DNA of 64,000 nucleotides, taken from contig CAVOUE010000011.1 of the NCBI GenBank assembly GCA_963699545.1, positions 1 through 64,000 on the forward strand, in the 5' to 3' direction. Below the pieces are notes generated by a model that did not search any database, was not told where the DNA came from, and saw nothing but the letters and a program-made list of their open reading frames with translations. The first letter of the stretch is position 1. The number at the start of each line of letters is the position of its first letter. A program made the translations under genes and the position numbers. Below are positions 24,505 to 34,236 of this stretch, piece by piece. This DNA is from Nitrospirota bacterium (GTDB lineage Bacteria; Nitrospirota; Thermodesulfovibrionia; Thermodesulfovibrionales; UBA9159).

Positions 24505-25426
24505 ACAGTTGATGGTATTCTTCATTCTTATCGTTCTGCTCGGTTCCTTTGCCTCGTGCACGAAGAGAGGTGAAGAACCTGTCCCGATTAAGAAACTCAA
24601 GGTCATAACAACGCTCTTTCCGCTGTATGATATGGCCAGGAGCATCGGCGCAGACAAGTCGGAGGTATCTTTGCTCTTGCCACCGGGAGTAGAAGCCCAT
24701 TCTTTTGAGCCCAAACCAAGCGACGTGGTCAAAATCAACGAAGCCGATGTTTTTGTCTATACCGGAAAATTTATGGAACCCTGGGCTGAAGGCATCATCA
24801 AGGGTGCTGTTAACAAGAACCTGATTGTTGTCGATGCAAGTCGTGGTACAAAAATGATTCCGGGGTTTTTCCATGATGCAGACGAGCCGGCAGGCTCGCT
24901 TGATCCGCACATCTGGCTGGACTTCGACAATGCCAAAATAATGGTTAGAAACGTCGTGCAAGCATTCCAATTGAAGGACGGTGCTCATAAGGATTTTTAT
25001 GAGCAGAAAGCAGAAGATTACAGCAATAGACTGACCGAGTTGGATAGCTTATATAAGACAACCCTTGCGGCCTGCAAGGACAGAGAAATCGTCTATGGCG
25101 GCCACTATGCTTTCGGTTATCTGGCCAAGCGTTACGGCTTGAAATATCTGGCAGCTCAGGGGATCTCGCCGGATGCTGAACCAACGGCGAACGATTTGAT
25201 CAGGCTGGTGGAGCAGATAAGAAAGGACAAGATCAGATATATTTTTTACGAAGAACTGACCAGTCCCAAGATCGCCGAGACTCTTGCCGGTGAAACCAAA
25301 GCTAAAATACTGCTTCTCAATGCCGCTCACAATTTGTCCAGGGACCAGTTTGAACAAGGTCTCTCTTTCTTCGACATACTCAAAAAAGATCTTGAAAACA
25401 TGAGGATCGGCCTTGAATGCAAATAA
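24488..25426 (+). CDS. znuA: Zn/Mn ABC transporter substrate-binding lipoprotein
   Basis: Lipobox-like FASC, PGVEAHSFEP, DPHIWL, HYAFGYL. Confidence 0.9.
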   Translation: MKVKRKQLMVFFILIVLLGSFASCTKRGEEPVPIKKLKVITTLFPLYDMARSIGADKSEVSLLLPPGVEAHSFEPKPSDVVKINEADVFVYTGKFMEPWAEGIIKGAVNKNLIVVDASRGTKMIPGFFHDADEPAGSLDPHIWLDFDNAKIMVRNVVQAFQLKDGAHKDFYEQKAEDYSNRLTELDSLYKTTLAACKDREIVYGGHYAFGYLAKRYGLKYLAAQGISPDAEPTANDLIRLVEQIRKDKIRYIFYEELTSPKIAETLAGETKAKILLLNAAHNLSRDQFEQGLSFFDILKKDLENMRIGLECK

Positions 25427-26177
25427 TACGAGCCCAATTTCTGTGTCAAATTTATGTTTCAGCTACGGATCGGTAGAGGCGCTGTGCGAAGTGACTTTTG
25501 CTGTAGAAAAAGGCGATTACGTTGGACTCGTTGGGCCGAACGGATCGGGCAAAACCACTATTATCAAGATCATCCTTGGTCTTATGCCGCCAGGGAATGG
25601 TACGGTAAGTCTGTTTGGCACAGATTCGTCTGCATTCGAAGACTGGCATAAGATTGGTTATCTGCCTCAGAAATTGGCAAATTTCAATCCCTATTTCCCG
25701 GCAACCGTAAAAGAGATTGTTTCATTAGGATTATTTTCAAGGAAGAGGTTCCCAAAACGTATTCTGAAGGATGATGCGGAGCTGATAGATGAAGCCATGA
25801 CTTTGACTGGTGTGATCGATATCAAGGATGCATTGATCGGTGAGCTTTCGGGCGGCCAGCAGCAAAGGGTCCTCGTTGCAAGGGCGATGGTGAATAAGCC
25901 GGAACTGCTGATCCTTGATGAACCGACAACAGCTCTTGATCCTGAAGCGAGAGGAAGCTTCTTCCAGGTCCTTCGGGAGCTTAACCTCAGCAAAGATGTG
26001 ACAATTATTTTTGTTACCCATGACGTCGCGAGCATAGGGAAATATGCGTCCAAGCTCCTTTACCTCGATAAGAAGATCATCTTTTATGGAAGCTTCGAAA
26101 ATTTTTGCTTATCAGAGAATATGGCACACTATTTCGGCGAATTTGCTCAGCACCTGATATGCCACAGGCACGACTGA
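25413..26177 (+). CDS. znuC: Metal ABC transporter ATP-binding protein
   Basis: [29 protein letters not shown]. Confidence 0.9.
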   Translation: MNANNTSPISVSNLCFSYGSVEALCEVTFAVEKGDYVGLVGPNGSGKTTIIKIILGLMPPGNGTVSLFGTDSSAFEDWHKIGYLPQKLANFNPYFPATVKEIVSLGLFSRKRFPKRILKDDAELIDEAMTLTGVIDIKDALIGELSGGQQQRVLVARAMVNKPELLILDEPTTALDPEARGSFFQVLRELNLSKDVTIIFVTHDVASIGKYASKLLYLDKKIIFYGSFENFCLSENMAHYFGEFAQHLICHRHD

Positions 26178-26178
26178 T

Positions 26179-27000
26179 ATGGATATATTCGCTGCACTTC
26201 AATATTCATTCATCAGAAGGGCTTTTATCGCAGGTTCGTTAATCGCACTCGTGTGCTCAATTCTGGGTGTGCTCCTTGTCCTGCGGAGGCTTTCCTTGAT
26301 CGGTGACGGTCTCGCGCACGTAACCTTCGGAAGCGTTGCGATTGCCCTGCTTCTGAGACAGCAACCTTCCTTTGTTGCTATTCCGGTCGTTATGGCAAGT
26401 TCACTGGGTATCATGAGGCTGATGCAAAAGGCCCGGCTCTATGGAGATGCAGCAATCGGCATTGTATCTTCCTTAGGTATCGCGGGAGGGGTTATCGTTG
26501 CCAGTCTGTCGGGCGGCTTTAACGTCGACCTCTTCAGCTTTCTGTTCGGCAATATTCTGTCGATCAGCAGTGCGGAAGTCGTTACATCAATAATCCTTTC
26601 TGTCATTGTACTTTCCGTGGTGTTCCTTTTCTACAATGAATATTTCTCGACGACTTTTGACGAGGAATTTGCGAGGATATCCGGAATCAATGTAGGGAAC
26701 ATCAATTCGCTTCTTGTTGTTCTAACGGGCATAACAGTTGTGCTTACTATGAAGGTAGTCGGAATTATGCTGACCTCTGCTTTGCTGATACTGCCTGCTG
26801 TAACGGCCCTCCAGATCGCAAAGAGCTTTAGAAACACGATGATACTCTCTTCTATTGCCGGAGTATTGTCGGTAATTGCCGGAATTTACTCGTCCTTTCT
26901 GCTGAACCTTCCGACGGGTGCAACAATTGTTATGGTGAATCTCCTCTTCTTCATAACCGCGTTCTTGTCGCGACGTGCTCGATACATCAGCCGACATTAA
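26179..27000 (+). CDS. znuB: Metal ABC transporter permease
   Basis: RRLSLIGDGLAHVTFG, FLFGNIL, TFDEEFA, PTGATIV. Confidence 0.9.
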   Translation: MDIFAALQYSFIRRAFIAGSLIALVCSILGVLLVLRRLSLIGDGLAHVTFGSVAIALLLRQQPSFVAIPVVMASSLGIMRLMQKARLYGDAAIGIVSSLGIAGGVIVASLSGGFNVDLFSFLFGNILSISSAEVVTSIILSVIVLSVVFLFYNEYFSTTFDEEFARISGINVGNINSLLVVLTGITVVLTMKVVGIMLTSALLILPAVTALQIAKSFRNTMILSSIAGVLSVIAGIYSSFLLNLPTGATIVMVNLLFFITAFLSRRARYISRH

Positions 27001-27180
27001 GACATGTTCCTCATGTGTGGCAATCTGTAACTTTTGTTATTGAGTTTAAGGATGCTGGGTCTCAACCATCTCCTCACATCAACGCACGAATAACCAAAGA
27101 TACCCTGCAATGAATGACCGATACACGCGATCGAGTTGCATTTTCTTGAATATGTGGACGGGAAAGAAATTCAACGAATC

Positions 27181-27211
27181 AAAAAAAAGGGCGGGTCATA
27201 CGACCCGCCCT
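27181..27211 (-). terminator. Intrinsic terminator of the porin gene
   Basis: AGGGCGGGTC-ATAC-GACCCGCCCT hairpin followed by a T-run on the minus strand. Confidence 0.85.
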
Positions 27212-27236
27212 CAATCACACTGCGTGACTTAGATGC

Positions 27237-28616
27237 TTAGAACGTGAGCTGGATTCCGTGCCTGATCGAATAGGCGTCGTCCGGGTCCTTGCCAACTGGT
27301 GTTATAGTCCTCCAGAAGTTGCCGGCAAAGAGGTAACCACCCTCAACCCAGTAGTTGAGGTTCTTGTCGATCTTGTAGGTTATCTTGGCATCAAATTCAT
27401 TACCGATACTCCTGCTTGCACCCTTGGCTTCTTCTACAGCCAGAAGCTGGTTGGCCCTGAGGTTGTAGTAATAGAGCTCGCCGCTCAGGTCCTTCATAAG
27501 GCCGCCGGATATTCCAAGCCTTACGTACTGGGTATTCGCAGCACCCTGGTCCGCGCTCGCTCCTCCAGCTGCTGTCAGGGACTTGCCTGCGCTGATCGTG
27601 AGGTAGTCATACACATACGTGTAGTGCTGCGCGTTCGAAAGGGCGGTAACGAACTGTTTGAAATCGTTGGGGTCATTACCCTTGTTACCGCTACCATAGA
27701 TATACTCAGCCAACAGGTTGATGCCGCTGATCGTGTAGCTCACTCCGGCGTCAACTGCCCAGCCCTTGAACTTCAGATCATGGTTATCGTTCAAAGGAAT
27801 GAATACGGCGCCCTTCGCCTTACCGGTCTGGAGCTCTCCGTCAGCCCAGATCTTGAAACCGCTGAAACTAACATCGCCTCTCAGACCGAAGTTCCAGAGG
27901 TCGGTGCCATCGTTGCCGATAGCCTGATCATTGACATACGTCGCGTCACCGCTCAAGCCCCACTCTTTGGTCCTGTAGTTGAAAAGAGCAACGTAAGCAT
28001 TCGAATCGTCGTTCTTCGTTACAGAACCTTCCTGGAACTTAACCGTAAGCAAACCGACATGGAGCTCTTTTGTCGGGTCTGCAAAAAAGACGAGCGCATC
28101 ATCGCCGAACTGGGTGTGATCAAAGAAGATCTTATTGCCCAGGGCAAGCGGCATATGACCGACCTTAACGCCGGCAGGCATTCCCAGAAGTCCGGAACCA
28201 GTGTGCAGGATCCATGCCTCTAGGAGATTCACGGTGCCTCTCACGGTATCACCCTTTCCATAGGTACCCTTTGCGCCTGCGCTGCTGTCACCCCAGGTCC
28301 ACGCCGTGGCTGCATCCTGTCCGTTCGCTCCCTGGATCATGATCATGGCCTTCGTATTAGGGGTTACCTGTGCCTCAACGGACAGCCTGACCCTCTCATC
28401 ATAATTGGCCCGATGGTCGCCGATATCATCATTAAAATCAGAGGTGTTCTGGCGGAACTCACCTCTTATCCTGATGTCGCCGCCGACATAGACCTGAACG
28501 CCCTTTGTCACCACCGCCTGAGACTCCGCAGGGATCTCAGCGTGGATAGCAAAGGCGCTGGCCGCAAAACAGAGAACGAAAACTGCGCCTAAAAGTATAG
28601 CTAAGTATTTTTTCAC
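27237..28616 (-). CDS. Outer-membrane beta-barrel protein (porin / alginate-export-like)
   Basis: Signal peptide ending AASAFA, amphipathic Gly/aromatic strands, C-terminal HGIQLTF. Confidence 0.8.
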   Translation of the reverse strand: MKKYLAILLGAVFVLCFAASAFAIHAEIPAESQAVVTKGVQVYVGGDIRIRGEFRQNTSDFNDDIGDHRANYDERVRLSVEAQVTPNTKAMIMIQGANGQDAATAWTWGDSSAGAKGTYGKGDTVRGTVNLLEAWILHTGSGLLGMPAGVKVGHMPLALGNKIFFDHTQFGDDALVFFADPTKELHVGLLTVKFQEGSVTKNDDSNAYVALFNYRTKEWGLSGDATYVNDQAIGNDGTDLWNFGLRGDVSFSGFKIWADGELQTGKAKGAVFIPLNDNHDLKFKGWAVDAGVSYTISGINLLAEYIYGSGNKGNDPNDFKQFVTALSNAQHYTYVYDYLTISAGKSLTAAGGASADQGAANTQYVRLGISGGLMKDLSGELYYYNLRANQLLAVEEAKGASRSIGNEFDAKITYKIDKNLNYWVEGGYLFAGNFWRTITPVGKDPDDAYSIRHGIQLTF

Positions 28617-28802
28617 TTCCTAACCCTCCTTGGTTAGTTCAGTATTTTTCCGTCGAAGACGGACTGTGACATTCAAACTCACCGCGTCTCGTGTTCCTTA
28701 TCCTTCTTGTCTCCTATCACCTCCCATTCTGTAACAGTCTCAGCTGTTTTTGATCACGTGCGGCTCTCCACATGAGAAAGCCGCGCCAATTGAGCTTATA
28801 AA

Positions 28803-28831
28803 TATATAGCATCTCATATGCCCTTTGTCAA
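28803..28831 (-). promoter_or_regulatory. Putative sigma70 promoter of the porin gene
   Basis: Minus strand TTGACA-17 nt-TATATA. Confidence 0.55.
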
Positions 28832-28878
28832 GGAAAAAGCACTTCACACATTACATTTCTTGCCCCGCTTTTGATCGA

Positions 28879-28893
28879 GCAATAAATGTGCCA
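28879..28893 (-). promoter_or_regulatory. Putative sigma54 (-24/-12) promoter facing the porin gene
   Basis: Minus strand TGGCAC-ATTTA-TTGC, exact consensus spacing. Confidence 0.65.
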
Positions 28894-29056
28894 TTCCTGG
28901 CACAATGAAAGAACAAAGAATTTTGAAGATAAGGATGTCCGTGACCTGTGTTCATTTTACAACAAGGTGTGGAATTGGAGGACAGTACACAGGGCTTCAG
29001 TGTCCTGCAATGTTGTAATATAAGACGGTAACAAGGTAAAATGGGCTCATTACCTT

Positions 29057-29617
29057 ATGGAAAAGACATGGAAATATGATTTTGACATTGCCAAGTACAG
29101 CAGGGCCATAGAAGAGCACCCTGATAATTACCGCGCTTATAACAACAGAGGCATCGCCTATCAAAAAAAAGGTCTCTATCTTCTCTCCGTTGAGGACTTC
29201 AGCAGGGCGATCGAGTTAAACCCCTCCTTTGTTCAGGCTTGCATTAACAGGGGAAACGCTTATCAGGAAATGGGCCAGTATGAACACTCCATCTCCGATC
29301 TTAACAAAGCGATAGAGCTGGACCAGGGGAACAGCATGGCACATAACAACCGCGGGTTCACCTTTATCCTCATGGGGAAGTACGAAGAGGCGGAAAGGGA
29401 TATCCTCAAATCCCTCGAGCTCAGTCCGAACAATATTTACGCTTTGAACAGCATGGCCGAACTCCATGCAGCCAGGAACGACGCTCTTGAGGCGTGCAAG
29501 TGGCTCCATTTAGCCATGGAAAGAGGATACAATAACTGGTCGTATATTAAGACATCCAGGACCTATGACAATATCCGTCATTATCCGTGTTTCAAGAACC
29601 TGATGTTCAGAAAATGA
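29057..29617 (+). CDS. Tetratricopeptide-repeat protein
   Basis: Repeated AYNNRG/INRGNAY/HNNRG..D..KAIELxP units. Confidence 0.92.
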   Translation: MEKTWKYDFDIAKYSRAIEEHPDNYRAYNNRGIAYQKKGLYLLSVEDFSRAIELNPSFVQACINRGNAYQEMGQYEHSISDLNKAIELDQGNSMAHNNRGFTFILMGKYEEAERDILKSLELSPNNIYALNSMAELHAARNDALEACKWLHLAMERGYNNWSYIKTSRTYDNIRHYPCFKNLMFRK

Positions 29618-29744
29618 TGTCTTCTCTAGGCAGGACCGGCCTTGAGAAAATCACCTTTGTTGAACAACCGGAGAGTCAGGGGGTAATACCAGTGCTTCGT
29701 TGGACGGAAGAGAGGACTCTGCTCGTATGAGGATGCCCCACGGC

Positions 29745-30827
29745 ATGCGCCCCTTTCTTCCGAAAATCGTCCACAGGGCCATTCTGAAAGAGCTGGCCCT
29801 CACGTTCTTCTTGAGCCTCATATTCCTCAACTTCATCCTGATGATGGAAAAGGTATTGAGGCTGAGCCGGATACTCTCAGGGGTCGGTGCATCCGTGTCC
29901 GACATGGCAAGGATCATTTATTATCTGCAGCCGCAGATCATGATACTCACCATACCCATGTCACTCCTCCTGGCAACGCTGCTGACGTACGGCAGGTTGA
30001 ACGCCGACAATGAACTGACCATCCTTAAGACTGCAGGGATGTCCTTCGGAAGAATTTCTCTGCCTGTGTTTGTGTTCGGGTCGCTCTGTTTTGTCATGGG
30101 ACTCCTTGTGAGCTTCTCTCTCGGACCGTTCGGCGCGGGCAAGGTGAGGGATACGATAGCTCGTATCGTTACGCAGAAGGCGCCCATGGCTATTGAGGCC
30201 GGCATGTTCAATACTGCATTCCGGGACGTCGTTATCCTCGTTCGCGATAAGCCGGCGCCCGCTGAGATGCGGGGAATCTTCATCTATGACAGCAGGAACC
30301 GGAAAGAGCCGAAGGTTCTTTCGGCAAAAGAGGGCAGGGTATACGCTGACAGGGAATACAATCTTTCCCTGTACATGAAGGACGGTTTTATCCATATCGT
30401 CAGGCCCGGGGGCTCAACCGAGATATTCTTCAGCGGCTACAACCTTTCACTGAGTCTCTCCATGGAAGGACCCGCAAGGAAGAACAGCGAAATGACGCCC
30501 CGGGAGCTCCTCAGGGAGGCTGCAGGGAGAGAGCCGAAGGAGAAGATGCCCTTGGTTCTGGAACTGCACAGGAGATTGTCGTTGCCGTCACTCTGTCTGC
30601 TCCTCATGTTCCTCGGGCCGCCCCTCTCACTGGTCTCCGGGAAGTCGGGAAGGCTCGGGGGGCTCACTATCGGCATCGGGGTTTTTACTGTTTTTTATAT
30701 CTTGCTGGTGTACGGTGAGAATATGGCCAGAACCGGAAAGATCCCCCATTACGTAGGTGCATGGCTCCCCACGCTCATCATCGGCATCTCTTCCCTCCTG
30801 GCATTCAGGAAGGCAGGAGCGCGGTAG
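29745..30827 (+). CDS. lptF: LPS export permease LptF
   Basis: YGRLNADNELTILKTAG, ELHRRLSLP; paired with lptG; start uncertain. Confidence 0.88.
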   Translation: MRPFLPKIVHRAILKELALTFFLSLIFLNFILMMEKVLRLSRILSGVGASVSDMARIIYYLQPQIMILTIPMSLLLATLLTYGRLNADNELTILKTAGMSFGRISLPVFVFGSLCFVMGLLVSFSLGPFGAGKVRDTIARIVTQKAPMAIEAGMFNTAFRDVVILVRDKPAPAEMRGIFIYDSRNRKEPKVLSAKEGRVYADREYNLSLYMKDGFIHIVRPGGSTEIFFSGYNLSLSLSMEGPARKNSEMTPRELLREAAGREPKEKMPLVLELHRRLSLPSLCLLLMFLGPPLSLVSGKSGRLGGLTIGIGVFTVFYILLVYGENMARTGKIPHYVGAWLPTLIIGISSLLAFRKAGAR

Positions 30828-31918
30828 TGAAGATAATCCAGCGGTACTATCTCAAGGAATTTACGAAACTGTTCGCCATTGTCGCATGCGGTCTCAGCCT
30901 TACCTTCAGTCTGATGGAGCTTATCAACAAGATCAATGACTTCATACCCAACAGGCCGTCCATGGGCGATCTCCTCCAGTATTCCGGTCTGAATATACCG
31001 CAATACCTGCTTTACCTTATGCCCATGGCAGCGCTCATAAGCGGCCTGTTCGTCTTTGGCCAGGCGGCGAGGAGAAAGGAAACGACCGCGGTTAAGTCAT
31101 CCGGCGGCAGCATCAAGGCCCTCCTCATGCCGTTTGTGTATTCGGGGGTATTACTGAGCATGGCCGGTTTTCTGATAAGTGAGTATGTTGTCCCTGATTG
31201 TTCAAGAAGGGTTCACCTGCTCAGGGATACCCTCTCCAACAGGGAGAATGTCCTTACCTTTAAGGAGGGAACCGTCTGGCTGAGGGCCAGAGGCGCCATT
31301 GTCAAGATCGATCTGTTCCTCCCGGACAAGGGTGTCGTCCAGGGAGTGAGCATCATGAAAATGGATGATTACATGCTTACTGAACGGATCGAGGCGGATT
31401 CCGCCCAGTGGAAGCCTGCGTGGGACGCAGCGGAAAATCCGAAAAGAGGAATCTGGTACCTCAGAGGGGTGACTGAATATAAGATCAAGGATGGTACTGT
31501 GGCAACATATAAAGAGCTTCAATCCGACATAATCGATTCCCCCGACATCTTCAAGGAAGATATGCAGAAACCTGAAGAGATGAATGTCAGAGAACTCGCG
31601 GCATATACAGCTCGATTAAAGAAGGCGGGCTTCAGAAACACCAAGCTTGCGGTGGACATTCATTCGAGAATCTCGTATCCCCTTATTAACCTCATTATGC
31701 TTGTCCTCGGCATTGCATTGGCGTCGAAAGGACACATGGGGGGCGGCCTCATCACTGCAGCCATGGGGATATTTATCAGTCTTCTCTATTGGGTGGGGTA
31801 TACAGGAACCCTGTCCATGGGATATGCTGGCATCCTGCCGCCTTTCGTCGCAGCCTGGCTCATGCCGGTCCTGTTCGGAGGGGTAACGGTCTATCTCTTC
31901 AGAACAATACCTGAATAG
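30827..31918 (+). CDS. lptG: LPS export permease LptG
   Basis: GTG overlapping the lptF stop; KIIQRYYLKEF, ETTAVKSSGGS, PEEMN..EL, LPPFVAAW. Confidence 0.88.
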   Translation: MKIIQRYYLKEFTKLFAIVACGLSLTFSLMELINKINDFIPNRPSMGDLLQYSGLNIPQYLLYLMPMAALISGLFVFGQAARRKETTAVKSSGGSIKALLMPFVYSGVLLSMAGFLISEYVVPDCSRRVHLLRDTLSNRENVLTFKEGTVWLRARGAIVKIDLFLPDKGVVQGVSIMKMDDYMLTERIEADSAQWKPAWDAAENPKRGIWYLRGVTEYKIKDGTVATYKELQSDIIDSPDIFKEDMQKPEEMNVRELAAYTARLKKAGFRNTKLAVDIHSRISYPLINLIMLVLGIALASKGHMGGGLITAAMGIFISLLYWVGYTGTLSMGYAGILPPFVAAWLMPVLFGGVTVYLFRTIPE

Positions 31919-31971
31919 GAATAGAGGTCCCGGGGAAATGCCCTCGCCATCAGTTTTTTGGGTTTCAGGCT

Positions 31972-32661
31972 TCAAGTGCTGATGCTCACCCCTTCGCTTG
32001 ATCCTCGCGTAAACTCTTCCATAATCGCAACCCCTGATGATGTCCCTATCCTGGTTGCGCCGGCGGCCAGGAGTTCCCTGATCTGAGAGAGGGTCTTTAT
32101 CCCGCCTGATGCCTTGACGCCGCAATCATCTCCCACCACAGACTTGATGAGCCGAATATCCTCCACTGTCGCCCCGCCGGGTCCGAACCCTGTCGATGTC
32201 TTTATGAATTCCGCCCCGGCATCGCGAGCAACCTCTGATGCCTTCACCTTTTCATCCCTGTCCAAATAACCTGTCTCGATGATTATCTTACGGACGGATC
32301 CTCTGGTCGCAATGATAACATCAGAAATATCTTTTGCAACGGCATCCCATTGACCCGATTTTGCCAGCCCGACATTCATCGCGATGTCCAGTTCATCACA
32401 CCCTTGCAAGACCGCCTCCATCGCCTCAAAGACCTTGACCTTCGTGAACGTCGAACCGAGCGGAAACCCTATCACGGTGACCATTTTCACATCATCCCCG
32501 GAAAGAATATCTCTCGCCATGGGGATCCGGGAAGGATGTATGCAGACAGCATGGAATCCGAATCGCAGCGCCTCTTTGCACAGTCTCTCTATGTCGCCAG
32601 ATGTTGCGTCGGGCCGCAAAAGCGTGTGATCGATGAACGGTGCGATGTCAGACCTGTTCAC
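31972..32661 (-). CDS. deoC: Deoxyribose-phosphate aldolase
   Basis: IDHTLL, VIGFPLG, FIKTSTGF, VKASGGI, RIGTSSG. Confidence 0.97.
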   Translation of the reverse strand: MNRSDIAPFIDHTLLRPDATSGDIERLCKEALRFGFHAVCIHPSRIPMARDILSGDDVKMVTVIGFPLGSTFTKVKVFEAMEAVLQGCDELDIAMNVGLAKSGQWDAVAKDISDVIIATRGSVRKIIIETGYLDRDEKVKASEVARDAGAEFIKTSTGFGPGGATVEDIRLIKSVVGDDCGVKASGGIKTLSQIRELLAAGATRIGTSSGVAIMEEFTRGSSEGVSIST

Positions 32662-33548
32662 TCGTATCCCCAGAGAGAAGGGCCGCTGCCTTTCACATTC
32701 GTTACATACGCCCTTACCTCCGCCCGGTACGCCTTATGCAGGAGTTTCGCCGTCTCTCCCGCGCTGTACCGGACCGCGTCGAGCTGACCCACCGGCATCA
32801 CTTCCATGGTGGTATTGGTAATAAATATTTCCTTTGCCGCAGAGAGGTCTTCCCCGGTGAACTTACCTTCCCTCACCATGAGATCCTCTCTCACTGCAAG
32901 GTCCAGAACAATATTCCTCGTGATACCGTCGAGGATCCCGCACTCGACAGATGGCGTGCAGAGAACGTCGTCCTTGCGGAAGAACACGTTGCTGATGGTA
33001 CCTTCAGTGACATGACCGGTGACATTCATCATGATCGCCTCATAGGCGCCCGCCTTTTTTGCTTCGATCTTGGCCAGGATATTGTTCAGAAAGTTCAGCG
33101 ATTTGATCTGCGGGTTTATGGCGTCTCTCAGGTTCCGCTTCGTCCGGGATATGATCGCTGATATCCCCTCTTCATAATACGCTCTTGGATAGTCCCTCAT
33201 CTCCTCAACGATAATAACAAAGGTCGGAGCCTCGCAGAGATCGGGGTCGAGCCCGATCGGCCCGTAACCCCGGGAAACGGTGAGTCTCACATAGGCGTTT
33301 TTCAGTGAGTTTGCGCTCACGGTGTCATACACCGCGTTCTTGATCCTGTCCACGTCCAGCGGAACCGTCAGCCCGATCATGGATGCCGAGCGATGGAGCC
33401 TCATCAGATGATCGTCCAGCATGAAGATCACGCCGTCGTATGCCCTCATGGTTTCATAAACGCCATCGCCGTACAAAAAACCGTGGTCGAAAACGGAGAC
33501 CAGCGCCTCAGCCTGGGGGACGAGTTTATTGTTCAGATATACATACAT
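32658..33548 (-). CDS. Class IV PLP aminotransferase (IlvE/PabC/Dat family)
   Basis: DHGFLYGDGVYET, IKSLNFLNN, EGTISN, ILDGITR. Confidence 0.92.
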   Translation of the reverse strand: MYVYLNNKLVPQAEALVSVFDHGFLYGDGVYETMRAYDGVIFMLDDHLMRLHRSASMIGLTVPLDVDRIKNAVYDTVSANSLKNAYVRLTVSRGYGPIGLDPDLCEAPTFVIIVEEMRDYPRAYYEEGISAIISRTKRNLRDAINPQIKSLNFLNNILAKIEAKKAGAYEAIMMNVTGHVTEGTISNVFFRKDDVLCTPSVECGILDGITRNIVLDLAVREDLMVREGKFTGEDLSAAKEIFITNTTMEVMPVGQLDAVRYSAGETAKLLHKAYRAEVRAYVTNVKGSGPSLWGYE

Positions 33549-33618
33549 GGGAGAAATTATACCATGAAAAGAGTTCGATTGACTTTATCCCGAGTTTCGT
33601 ATATCGTAGACATTCGGA

Positions 33619-34236
33619 ATGAGAATCTTTCCCAAAGAAATCGATTTTTTTGAAATATTCGACAAGGCGGCTTCAAACCTTACAAAGGCCACCTCCCTCC
33701 TCGTTTCCCTCATGGAGAACTTCGACAACCTTGAAGCGCGGGCAAAGGAGATCTACGAGGTTGAACAGGACGGCGACATGCTCACCCACGACATCATGAA
33801 AAAGCTGAACAGGACCTTTATCACGCCCATTGACAGGGAAGATATCCACGCCCTTGCATCGCGGATGGACGATATCCTTGACCTTGTCTGGGGCGGAGTC
33901 GACCGCATGATCGTTTTCAAGATAACCGAGCCTACGCCGGAGGCAGTGGAACTGGCAAAGGACCTTAACCAAACAACGGAGGTTCTGCAGAAAACCATTA
34001 AGGAACTGCGCGCAAAAAATTATTCCCATGTCCAGGAACACTGCATCGAGATAAACCGCCTCGAAAACAGGATTGACAGGACCTTCAGGGATGCCCTTGG
34101 AAAGCTCTTCGACGATATGAAAGACCCCCTGTTGATCATCAAATGGAAAGAAATCTACGAGCACCTTGAAGATGCTTCGGACAGATGCGAGGATGTCGCA
34201 AATGTTCTGGAAGGCATTGTCCTCAAAAATGCATGA
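33619..34236 (+). CDS. DUF47 (PhoU-like) phosphate transport regulator
   Basis: LNRTFITPIDREDI, IIKWKEIYE.LE.A.DRCEDVA; upstream of PiT. Confidence 0.93.
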   Translation: MRIFPKEIDFFEIFDKAASNLTKATSLLVSLMENFDNLEARAKEIYEVEQDGDMLTHDIMKKLNRTFITPIDREDIHALASRMDDILDLVWGGVDRMIVFKITEPTPEAVELAKDLNQTTEVLQKTIKELRAKNYSHVQEHCIEINRLENRIDRTFRDALGKLFDDMKDPLLIIKWKEIYEHLEDASDRCEDVANVLEGIVLKNA

